Part shown: positions 52,688 to 64,000 of the stretch, in pieces
Position numbering within the stretch: the first letter of the stretch is position 1
Layout: every line of letters starts with the position of its first letter
The notes under the pieces: model-generated
What the model was told of the DNA's origin: nothing
Seen by the model: the letters and a program-made list of their open reading frames with translations, nothing else
Database searches by the model: none
Assembly: GCA_951406725.2 (NCBI GenBank)
Contig: OX597834.1
Location: 10,044,001 to 10,108,000 of the forward strand
Direction: 5' to 3'
DNA from: Octopus vulgaris
Lineage: Eukaryota
DNA: 64,000 nucleotides
Program-made: the position numbers and the translations under genes

Positions 52688-52724
<37 letters not shown>

Positions 52725-54133
52725 TACATAGTTTCAGGCAAAAATCCGTTGGTGCTAACTAAATATGGTATACGTACATTAGGCATTGAATCACATTATC
52801 ACGTATTTGAATATGATCTCCGCAAAACCTTCCAAGAAGCCAGTCTTTTATAAACACCAACTTAATTATTAAGAAAACAAACTATGCAGTATATTGGAAA
52901 TTGCAGTCCGAAGCACATTCTTTTTTTCAGAAAACAACAGGGGAAAATAGAAAAGATAAAAAAAAAAGCAATACAATTTAGAAAAAAGACGAGTTTGTAA
53001 GACTTGGAACATTGTTTTTCTTGATGAGGCCTACAGAAAAAAATATGTGATACAAAGACATATAAGAAGCCCTTATTTGATTTCTTTCTTTATTTACTTA
53101 CTTATTTATTTTTTTGTTTACTAAGATCGATTATTCAGGACCTTTTATTATATAAAAATTGAAGAGAAAACAAAAGCACCGCCAATATTCGCCTCACCAT
53201 AAAACCGTTTCATATGCTACATAATTATCTATGTAAAACGCAAGAAATAAAATAAGAAACACAGAAAGAATATTATCGACGTTTCGTATATTCTCTTAAT
53301 GTCCATAATTCTTTATGTTCCATCGATGGTGAGACCAATATTGGATTAAATATATCGATTATTAGTTGTCAATGCAATAATCATAACTGTCCACATTCCA
53401 TCTTTTTTTTTTATATTCTTTGTCCTCCGGTTCCTCAGCATCACCACACATTTCACCTCATTCTTTTAGCTGCCGTGTCATCATTGTCGTCGTCGTTATC
53501 ATCAATGTTGTCATCACCCTTATCTTTGCATTCATTGTCCTCAGTATCTCATGCATTTCTTTTATTCTGCATTAAAATGCCACGTATCGATTCAAATCCC
53601 GATTATCGATCTGGCAACTTGTACGAGCTCATGAAGAAACAGTTGCACTCTGACTCACTAAATATCTCCAGCAATTACAGATACCAATGTTACACTATAC
53701 TGCCACAACTCACTTGCCTGTTCCTTCCGTGAATTGAACATCCACCATGATAATAAGCAATTCATCCTGTGAAATTTATGGTTTCGTGATTTTAGATATC
53801 AACATAAGTGGCTACACACGCAGTTGTATTTACAAATAGTGTAATATAACTTATACAACTGTTTTTGTCATAAATTCTATATGGTATAACTGCTTTCTAG
53901 CTCGTATATGTTTATACAGATACGTAAAAACTGTAAGTTATTCACCCTCAGATATAAATTTCAGTTTAGTACTTATGAATATGAACAAAGACACGAATAT
54001 TGACAGTCACATAAACACATACACCCATCTTTTTCTCTCTCTCTCTCTCTTCCCATATCACACACTTTCTCTTTCTCATCTCGTTCTTTCTGTCTTCTTT
54101 ATGCATATATATATATATATATATATATATACA

Positions 54134-54372
54134 GTGGTGTCTGGGGAGAGTCATTCTCTTTTAGTGCCTTATTATTTAACACACTCACCGGTAAAATTTC
54201 CACTTATTTCTTATTTTTATTTTCTAAAATAAGAAATAAGTGGAAATTTTACCGGTGAGAGTGTTAAATAATAAGGCACTAAAAGAGAATGTCTATCCCC
54301 AGGCACAACAGAATATGCTTCAACACACGAACTCATATAAAGAATCTTGCAAACCAAATCCCAAAACGAAAT
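54134..54372. mobile_element. Fold-back element family C
   Basis: Arms ~54134-54217 / 54226-54309 with loop 54218-54225; tail ...CCAAATCCCAAAACGAAAT; both arms share copy-specific variants. Confidence 0.88.
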
Positions 54373-54436
54373 AAATATATACATTTTGAATATATATATA
54401 TATATACAAGCGTAAAGCTATGGTCGAACGGAAGCT

Positions 54437-54538
54437 GTAGTGATAGACACTTGCCCAAGGTACCAATCAGTGGGACTGAACGCGAAAACATGTGGTTCGG
54501 ATGGAAGCTTCTTACCACACAGCCTCTACTACGCCTGC
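54437..54538 (-). mobile_element. SINE family B head
   Basis: AGACACTTGCCCAAGGT...AGTGGGACTGAAC...CTTCTTACCACACAGCC. Confidence 0.85.
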
Positions 54539-55787
54539 GTATATGTGTGTGTGTATGCATGCATGTGTGTGTATGTGTGTATGCATGCATGTGTGTGTAT
54601 GTATGTATGCATGCATGCATGTATGTATTTGTGTATGCATGCATGTATGATTGCATGCATGTCTGTGTACGTATGTATGTATTGGTCTTAGGAATTCTTC
54701 GCTATTTCACTTGCTAACAATTGCGAAGTGTACTAAACAAACTGACGTTCTGTGACATGACTGTTGTTATACTGGAAGCCAAGATAACCCTTCTATAGTC
54801 GGGAGTGCGATGTGGCAGATGGTTGGTGCGCTGTGTGAAATGTAGCGTTATGGGCAAGTTTCGTTTTTGTAATAATTGATCTAACGCTAATTCAATACTG
54901 AGAAATGGATCCTCAACTGGGATTCTGATACTGCATTTGATGTTGGCAGAAACTGAATTAGTGCATAAATATTTTCTGCACAGGAAACAAACAAATTCTT
55001 CTTATCGCATATCATCTTTGTCTCTGGTAATGTTTTTACCTTCTTTCCTGTGAATTAATTCTTCCCACGATAATGATATACGTGGCGTGCAATGGCAGTC
55101 ACTGGTAAATTTTTTTTTATTGTTGATTCGTACAACAGGGAAATCTGTAATGTAGTAATGTAGTAACGTTTCGCGAGTCTATATATTACCGTTTTCTGCA
55201 AGAAATTTAATAATCTCTAGTATGGCTTTAGGCAGTCTTATTCTTCGCTCGGGAAACAGAAAAAAAAATACATGAATTAAACAAATAAGAATTAAAATAA
55301 CAACTCAAAAAGAAAACGAAAACAGAACAAAGATGGCTTCGTAAAGTTCACGAAGGACAGTTGAAACACATTATAGAAAAAACGAAAATCTAATGATAAA
55401 TGAAGCAGATAAACAAATAAATAGTAAGAATGAATTTCAGTTTTAACCAAACAGAAAATCATGACTTCAAAAGCTTGTCTGATTACTTTCAAGCAATTAG
55501 TTTAACCACCAACAATATGGTATTGAAGTAAAAACGTTTAATTTAGATGTAAACATCGTATTAAAAGCAAAAGTTCCAAAGCGTTGTAATTCGCCCGTGT
55601 GTCAAATATACAGTATTCAACAATTTGCATAAACATTTGTTCGTATGGAGGGGAAGAAATCATAAATGTAATGGAAGTGGTGTTAGAATTCATGCCTGTC
55701 ATTACGTAATTACATTCCCAGAGAAAACCGGAACGTTATTCTTTGGAAGTAAACTTACGAAAAAGCTATCCCTTTGCCTATGTACAT

Positions 55788-55823
<36 letters not shown>

Positions 55824-55827
<4 letters not shown>

Positions 55828-56000
55828 GTTTTTTTTATTTGGTTTGCATGATTCTTCATATGAGTTCGTGTGTCGAAGCATATTCTGTTGTGTCTGGGGA
55901 GAATCATTTTCTTTTTGTGCCTTATAATGTAACACACTCACCGGTAAGCGGAAATTTTACCGGTGAGTGTGTTACATGATAAGGCACAAAAAGAAAATGA
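55824..56000. mobile_element. Fold-back element family C
   Basis: Arms 55904-55947 / 55957-56000; tail TTTGGTTTGCATGATTCTTCATATGAGTTCGTGTG. Confidence 0.87.
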
Positions 56001-56439
56001 GAACGTGAATATTAAAACTTAGAGTTCAAACCAGCATTTAAACCATTGTAATTTAGCGTGTTTATATAGGTGTGTAGGATCTGAATTCATGGAGTTTTAA
56101 AAGTTCACAAAGGAATGTGAATAGATTACAAGTTTAGTTGGTCAGCTAGATTACTATATATAAATATATTTCTTTCTCTCTTTTTTTTTGCAAGATAAGG
56201 GGATTGTAGCAACGTGATAGAAAGTGCTTTGCTCAAGAAAGCAACTCAACACTCGATCCACCATTTTATAATCATGAGTGCAACATCCTAAATCCTAAGA
56301 CATGCACCTCTCTCTCTCTCTTTCTCTCTCACTCAACACACACACGCACACTTTCCCCACCGCCATACACACATATATATGTATATATAGGAAAGCCAAT
56401 AAGTTTTGAAATTGCCAAGAGCTATTTCGGTAGAACTTT

Positions 56440-56700
56440 ATTGTTTTACTCTTTTACTTGTTTCAGTCATTTCACTTTGGCCATGCTGGAGCACCGCCTT
56501 AAGTCGAGCAAATCGACTTCAAGACTTATTCTTTGCAAGCGTAGTACTTATTTTATCGTACTCTTTTGCCGAACCGCTAAGTTATGGTGACGTAAACACA
56601 CCAGTATAGGTTGTCAAGCGATGTTGGGGAGACAAACACAGACACACAAACACACACACACATACACACAGACACGCACACATACACACACACACACAAA
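56440..56700 (-). mobile_element. SINE family B 3' half
   Basis: CTTTTACTTGTTTCAGTCATT...GGCCATGCTGGAGCACCGCC...GCCGAACCGCTAAGTT...(CA)n. Confidence 0.9.
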
Positions 56701-57599
56701 TATATATTTTTAAAATCACGATATTTAAAATCACACTATTTGGGTCTATAGGGTGTTATTTAATTCATAAATAAGCTTCTGGATTTACATATAGATTCTA
56801 ATATCAGAAAAGTTTCGATCTGTAGCCATGGAATTTCCTTTATATTGTAAAGAATTACTGCTGTACGCGTAAGGCACGACTGGATTATATTTGATTCCTG
56901 GTGTTTACTAACCTCCATTACACTTGGTAAACTGGTATCAGTCGTAAAACACAAATATTAAAAGAATGAATATTGTAAATGGATTAGAGTGAAAATAAAT
57001 TCCATCAGGACATTAAAAATATAACGAAACGAAATAAAAAACGATAAAAAGAAGAAAATAAGAGAAAAAATAATAGCATCGAGAGAAGAATTGTAGGGTT
57101 ATTTATGATATTTTGTCGTCTTCAAACTTCAAATTAATATCAGACTGAGAAGGGATCCTTAAAAGGAATGTGATTAATGAGAAGAAATAAATCAAATGAA
57201 ACAATCAGGATTGTATTCTCTTTTATCCTGCTGCTTCATTAAAATCGTTGCTTTTAATTAAAATAAATGAAAGAGATTTATGCTTTAGTGGAGTAAAAAT
57301 GTGTAATAAAATTTAAAGTTCAATACATTTAATTGGAAAGGGATCGAATTTGACGTTTGAAATGCGTTCTGTAGCAATGGCTTCTATTAAAACTCAACAC
57401 ATGGCGTGGCTCATGTGGAATTTCATAATGTATTGGATCTTAACGATGTCAGCGAAAAGGAAAATGGTATATCGTGGCACCATGATACATTGTGTGATGG
57501 GAGGCGATGCATTCATACGTTTTGCAATGGAATATAGGTGATAATTAAAGACCATAGGTATATGCACATACAAACAGGTATATATACATATATATATAC

Positions 57600-57635
<36 letters not shown>

Positions 57636-57687
57636 GTGAACGAGCCGAGTTTTTACCAAATTCCCAAGAGCATTTGATGTTCAAAAT

Positions 57688-57873
57688 GTGACCGCATGTG
57701 TACCGTTGGCGATTTATTTTTCTCCGTCTTCCCTACTTTGGATCTTTCCTTTTCCTATGTTTCAGACGAAGAACTCCGCTCGAAACGTTAAACGCTCCTT
57801 CTTTCCTGAGCTACACTTGTTCCACGTCCTCGCGTTGTTGTGTTTTCTCTTTGTGTTTTCAAGTTTGGATTAA

Positions 57874-57875
<2 letters not shown>
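57688..57875 (+). mobile_element. PLE-like fragment with hammerhead-like motif at 57759-57793
   Basis: GTTT-CAGACGA-A-GAAC-TCC-GCTC-GAA-ACGT-T-AAAC, two substitutions from an ideal minimal hammerhead; ends at (TA)n. Confidence 0.65.
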
Positions 57876-57918
<43 letters not shown>

Positions 57919-57919
57919 C

Positions 57920-58269
57920 CTTAATGTTTTAGCCTGAAAGCTGTGGCCATGCTAGAGCACTACCGTTGAATGAGCTACACTAGTATGTGAAACCACCTCC
58001 GATACGTGGCACTTGGTCTACAAGGGAGTTCGACGCCGCTCCCCGCATCTGTGTTTCCTGCCGAGAGGTAGGTTCATGTGGGACCCCTGACAAAAAGAGA
58101 TCCAGCTTAGAGTCTAAAGAAACCTATATCCACACCATGCAGGTCTCTCAGTCATTTAGGAAGGATATTGAAGAGCTGTGGTCCCCTGAAACCCAAGCTG
58201 TTGCAGTATCTGGTCCTTTATTTTGATGGTAATGTTGAGATCTGCTGATGGGGTAACTTTCAATGCCAA
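57920..58269 (-). mobile_element. CR1/L2-group LINE 3' end (decayed ORF2 C-terminus plus 3' UTR)
   Basis: Manual minus-strand translation: GIESY..PSK*RTRYCNSLGFRGPQLFNILPK*LRDLHGVD../KLDLFLSGVPHEP..MRGAASNSLVDQ, stop at 57980-57982; not recovered in the ORF track because of stops and a frameshift. Confidence 0.85.
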
Positions 58270-58739
58270 TATATATATATAGGTAGATAGAAAGATATAT
58301 ATATATATATACATACAGGCAGACAGACAGACTGTCTGTATGTCGGGTATGTAAATATACTTATGCAACTAACTGGTCCGTCTTTTAGAAATTCAAGCTT
58401 GCAAAAAGTTTCACATATTTTAATTCCCACAGAAACCCGTGTATAAGTTTGTGTGTATGTTGTATATATATATATATAAATGAGTGCATGTGTGTGATTC
58501 TGTGTATGTGTATATATGTGACCGAGTGTGTGTGCGTGTAATATTACGTGGTGTTACTTGATCCTCTTGTTTACATGAAGTACACAATGATATATAATAA
58601 TGTAGAGGTGTGAAATCAAATTACATTATCTTGGTTATCAATCGGCCGAGTTTTTACCAGATTCCCAAAAGGATTTGATGGATGCATCGCGAAACAACGG
58701 AGCTAGAGTGAGGCGCGTATATACACATTCAAATATATC

Positions 58740-59070
58740 TACATCTATATACGAGCATACATACACACATACATATATATATATGTATATATGTGTGTAT
58801 ATGTATGTATGTATGTATATATGTGTGTATATGTATGTGTGTATATGTATGTATGTATATATGTGTATGTATGTGTGTATATGTATGTGTGTGTATGTGT
58901 GTGTATGTATGTATGTATGTATGTATGTGTGTATGTATGTATGTATGTATATATGTATGTATATATGTGTGTGTATGTATATATGTATGTGTGTATGTAT
59001 ATGTGTGTGTGTGTGTATGTGTGTGTGTGTGTATGTATGTGTGTGTGTGTGTGTGTATATATGTATGTAA

Positions 59071-59118
<48 letters not shown>
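58740..59118. repeat. (TATG)n/(TG)n/(TA)n microsatellite
   Basis: Direct reading. Confidence 0.95.
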
Positions 59119-59121
<3 letters not shown>

Positions 59122-60111
59122 CGTACGTATTTAACTTCGTGCCTGCAAACATGAGGGTATGTTTGTTTACGGATGTTGAAACATTGTAATAGAGATTGAT
59201 TACTATAACCAAAACATAATGGATGCAATGACATATAATCTTTAGTAAACGTGGAAACAATTCCATATCAAATAATTGTATTGCTTTTCAACACTGTTTA
59301 TTCGTCTGGCTTTCATTATGTATTATTCCATGGCGAAGCACTTTGTTTAGCGTAGACATTTTTTTTTTTTTGGTTCTCTGTATTCAGGTTTCTTTTAGCT
59401 GTTTTGTTCGCTCTGCTATAAAGTCTATTTGCTGGTCTTTCAGATGGAATGTCTTCTGTCGTGGGCAATGAATGCTGGAATGACACAGAGACTATAAAAT
59501 CGTTTATGCCATAGATTGTAGACGTATGCGTGTGTATGTCTGTGTTTTTATACAAGTGTGTGTCTAGGTGTGCGTGTGTGTGTCTACGCTTGTATAAACT
59601 CACAAGGACGTATATATATATATTAGGATTCTGTATTACATAAGCGATTTTATAGTCTGCATTATTCCACCATTTATATTGTGTGTTTGTTTGTATGCAT
59701 GTATGTATATATATATATATATATATAAATGAGTTCTCGTATAGCTAGGTACATACATACTCATAGTTGTATGTGTATACATCAATATAAATAAGAAAAT
59801 ATATACTTTTATGCTTATATATACACACATAAACTGATGTTATATATTTTATATGTATATGACACAATCTCTCTCTCTCTGATCTGCTTTTGTTCAGTCT
59901 TTCTTTCTCTCTCTTTCTAACTACTGGAATCCGTTGGGAAAATATTAAACTGATAGATCTGTAGGTATATATTTTTAAAGTTGTTCCAAATAGCTAGAGT
60001 AGCTTCATGAATTGTCGAAAGATACTGATGCACAGACAAACTCCCCCCATCACACACACACAAACACACAGACAGATAGACAGACAGAAATACAGGCAGG
60101 CAGCAGACATA

Positions 60112-60191
60112 CAGTCTTCTACTATTGCATCGGGTTGATCAAAGCCTTGTGAGTGCATATGGTAGATGGATACTGAAAGAAGCCCGTCGTG

Positions 60192-60240
<49 letters not shown>

Positions 60241-60385
60241 TAACAATTGAGGATAAAATCTTTTAAAAAAATTATCAGTAGTTAGCGTGAAAAACCTCGT
60301 AAGAGAAAAAATCCGTAAATTTTTCCACTTTGAAAATATTTATTTATATTATATTGAGGGTACTACTATTCGTAGATACCACACG

Positions 60386-60429
<44 letters not shown>

Positions 60430-60600
60430 TTCCCCAAACATCACTTGAAACCGCCGCTGGTGTGTTTATGCGGTTCGGCAAATGGAACCTATAGAATAAG
60501 TACTAGTCTTACAAAGAATAAGTCCTGGGGTCAATTTGATCGACTAAAAGCGGTGCTCCAGCATGGCCGCAGTAAGTCAAATGACTGAAACAAGTAAAAA
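60112..60600 (+). mobile_element. SINE family B (5'-truncated) interrupted in its internal (TA)n
   Basis: GTCTTCTACTATTGC...GAAGCCCGTCG (TA)n [insert] (TA)n(TG)n...GCGGTGCTCCAGCATGGCCGCAG. Confidence 0.88.
60240..60387 (-). mobile_element. Family H-like fragment nested in the (TA)n of a SINE
   Basis: GAGGATAAAATCTTTT...ATCAGTAGTTAGCGTGAAAAACCT resembles the reverse complement of 35678-35735. Confidence 0.55.
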
Positions 60601-61521
60601 ACAAAAAAAGAGAAAGAGTTTGTGTGTGTGTGTGACTTTCAGCTATATATATCAGTAAATAAGGTAAACATCGGCGACAAAACTGATGAAAAAAAAAGGC
60701 GAATACCACAGGATACGCAAAGGAAATTCTTCGCAACATTTGTTCATAATCGATGTACAGTTATTCATTTCTTCCTATTAAAAGCAGAAAGGCCGTGAAA
60801 TCTTACATACTGGCCTGTAGGAAACTTGTAACTATCGACACTACTCTCACCAATTATGACATAAATCAATAACTATATACAAGAAGTTTGCAAAAGGAAA
60901 AGAATCAAAATCGCATACATTATAATGCCGATATCATGCTTAGCAACTTGTCGATTTTTGTATTGATTACTTGTGTTATAACATTGATGACGGGGTGTTT
61001 GAATTTGCCTGGGGGACATTTTCTGAAATGTGCGCATTGTTATTACGCTTTGACACCTGTCTTTTGATTAAAATGAAGTTTTATGAAAAGAACGTGCACA
61101 TATGATATGAGGAAAATAGACATTGCGAACGTAGGGTATGAAACATTACAAACGACGTCGGTGATTAAACCTTTCTCGGATATTTTGATTAAACTTTTCA
61201 TGAACGACGGTGCTGCTATTTTCTCGCATAAATAGAATTCATACATGGATAGATACACACATTTTATATACATATACACACATATATATATATATATATG
61301 TAGAAAAATACAAACTGGGACAAGAACGTAAAACATTTGGAAAACGATACAAAAAACACGGACGGGACATTCGAAGCCTTCAATCTTCAGTCAAGAACCG
61401 GATCATCCTAGCAATTTCGAAGCCGAAAGGCTGGTTTGACCAGCGGTCACGTGAGAGAAGAGAGAGAAAAGAAAGGGGGCAAAGGAAACAAAGAGAGAGA
61501 GAAAAGGAGGGACGAAGACAA

Positions 61522-62220
61522 TATATATATATGTATTTATATACATATTTATATAGATATATATAGATATATATAGATATACATAAATATATATTTATAT
61601 AGATATGTATATATATGTATTTATATACATAAATATATATTTATATAGATATATATATGTATTTATATACATAAATATATATTTATATAGATATATATAT
61701 GTATTTATATACATAAATATATATTTATATAGATATAAATATATATTTATATATATTATATATATATGTATAATTAGATATTATATATATATATATATAT
61801 ATATACAAAATATACATTTATCATACCTATACATATATATATATATATATGTATAATTAGATATTATATATATATATACACACATACATTTATAAATATA
61901 TATATATATATATTTATATATACATATACATTTATATATATACATATATATTTATATATACAGTATATTATATATACAGTATATTTATATATAATATGTG
62001 CATTTATATGTATATATAAAGTATATATATATATAATATGTGCATGTATGTGTATATATATGAACATATATATATATATACATATATATTTATAGGTATA
62101 TATACAGTATATTTATATATAATATGTGCATGTATATATTAAGTATATATATATAATATGTGCATGTATATGTATATATATGAACATATATATATATATA
62201 TATATATATACATTTTTATA
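61522..62220. repeat. AT-rich minisatellite/microsatellite block
   Basis: ATACATAAATATATATTTATATAGAT units and a duplicated ATAATATGTGCAT block. Confidence 0.92.
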
Positions 62221-63196
62221 AGAGATAGATTGATAGAGTAAGCTATTAGACACGTGTGAGTCTGTGTGTCTTTGTATGTATATATTCACAGAGAGAGGGG
62301 GTGGGAGAGAGTGAATATTATTACCTGTCATTATATAGAGTGCTTCATTGGATTTTATTTATTAGAGTGTATGAAGATCATGATAACATCTCTCATAATT
62401 ATCTTTATCAAATATATATTTTCGAAGTATAATAAAGGATAAAAATTATATTCGATCAAAATAACCCTGGGGAAAGTAGGGAATGAATGGCAACTAGAAT
62501 AAGGAAAAGAGAAAGAATAAGAGACAGAATAAGTCAAAAACTAATGAAGTATGTAAATGAATTTGTGAGAATAATGAAGGTGTTTGAGAGTGTAGTAATG
62601 TAATTGTAAGGAAGGGAATAGATGACTTTTGAAATATACGATAGATGATTACCAGTATTAGACGTACAATTCTGTCAAAGAAAGAAAATATAAAATACAG
62701 CTCTGCTTCAAACACCAGAAATAAAACGCATATTAACACACCAAGAAATTATACAATAAACTACAAAAACAAAAGAAAAGGAGCAATTCTCGAAGTAAGA
62801 AAAGAAGGAGAATAAATGGAAAAAAAATACATTAAAGACATCGTGAAACGCAAGAAAAATATCTTGCAAAAACTTGAAATAGAGAGATAAATGTTTACAG
62901 AAAGGAAACTGAAATAAACCTGTCAATTTTGACGGGTATTATGCTAGTTGATTAATATTTCACAGAGATATGAAAATGAATACGATGGTACGATAGAATA
63001 ATGAAAAAAATACATTAAAATTCATACGGTGACAGCAGATTAGATATACAATTAGCTTAGATACATTTAGCATTCTTTTACGAAGAAGTACTATTTTCTG
63101 TTTGTTTGTTGTTTTTGTTTAAACCAATAACAAGTCTAGGTATCTGACTCAAGCTAAAACAGGAACCTTTAATTAGTCTCAAAATTAACTCACAAA

Positions 63197-63238
<42 letters not shown>

Positions 63239-63240
63239 GA

Positions 63241-63446
63241 AGCTAAACATAGACAGGGCAAACAAGGACAGACAAACGGATTAAGTCGATTACATCGACC
63301 CCAGTACGTAACTGGTACTTATTTAATCGACCCCGAAAGGATGAAAGGCAAAGTCAACCTCGGCGGAATTTGAACTTAGTACGTAACGGCAGACGAAATA
63401 CCATTAAGAATTTCGCCCGGCGTGCTAACGGTTCTGCCAGCTCGCC
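63241..63446 (-). mobile_element. SINE family A, near full length
   Basis: High identity to 8454-8674 and 29859-30091; abuts (TTA)n. Confidence 0.92.
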
Positions 63447-64000
63447 AGAGATTGCCACACAAGGCAGAGATGTTGCTTATCCACAAATGTGTGTTCGTAA
63501 TTCTAAATAGTATCGCATATCAAAAACTGTCAGCTAGAGCCGGTCGAGATCGGTATATCCATCGGAGAGGATCTTCAGGCACAAGCAGGATTTCCAACCG
63601 CAACAGCTAAACTACCACCGACACCGCGAACAGCAATAAAAGCAACAAAAGCTATAATGAAAACAGTTGACTTTATATAAAAAGGTTCAGGGCAAAGTGT
63701 ATTTACGTAGCTGCAATAAATAACAAAGACTAAGGCACTTAGATATCGATCTGAACAGAGGGTCGTAAATCACCAAACACTATTTTGCTTGTTTGAAGGC
63801 GGTCTCTTCGTAGTTTAGTCAGATGCAATAAAACAAAAAAAAGCAAACAAACTCACTAACCAACCCTGGGTGGGCACGTGTACTATTTGACAAGTGACAT
63901 GAGAACTATGATTTTTATTATAGTCAGACGGACTTTGCATCTTTCCTTGTGTTTAGAAGTTGCTCAAGGATGAAGAAAATCGATTTCACGTTTGAAGAGG

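Overview
AT-rich, repeat-saturated animal DNA that looks intergenic or intronic. The SINE and microsatellite landscape suggests a cephalopod, probably Octopus (inference from recall, not a database result). I can support no host protein-coding exon; almost every long ORF in the track is a translation of simple repeats. The window holds many tRNA-derived SINE copies from at least four families, two CR1/L2-type LINE 3' ends, a non-autonomous Helitron, a hAT MITE with an 8-bp TSD, and large composite micro/minisatellites. The most interesting signal is a set of five short fold-back elements (5314-5631, 8133-8278, 23390-23529, 54134-54372, 55824-56000). They fold back at different points but mostly share their outer ends, and two carry 12-13 bp TSDs. 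They preserve a 27-codon ATG-initiated frame across two diverged subfamilies. The longest copy has back-to-back minimal hammerhead-ribozyme motifs with a U3-A8 core swap. Together with further hammerhead-like fragments embedded in (TA)n, this suggests several non-autonomous Penelope-like (PLE) families with non-canonical ribozyme cores. Family letters A-H are my own labels.
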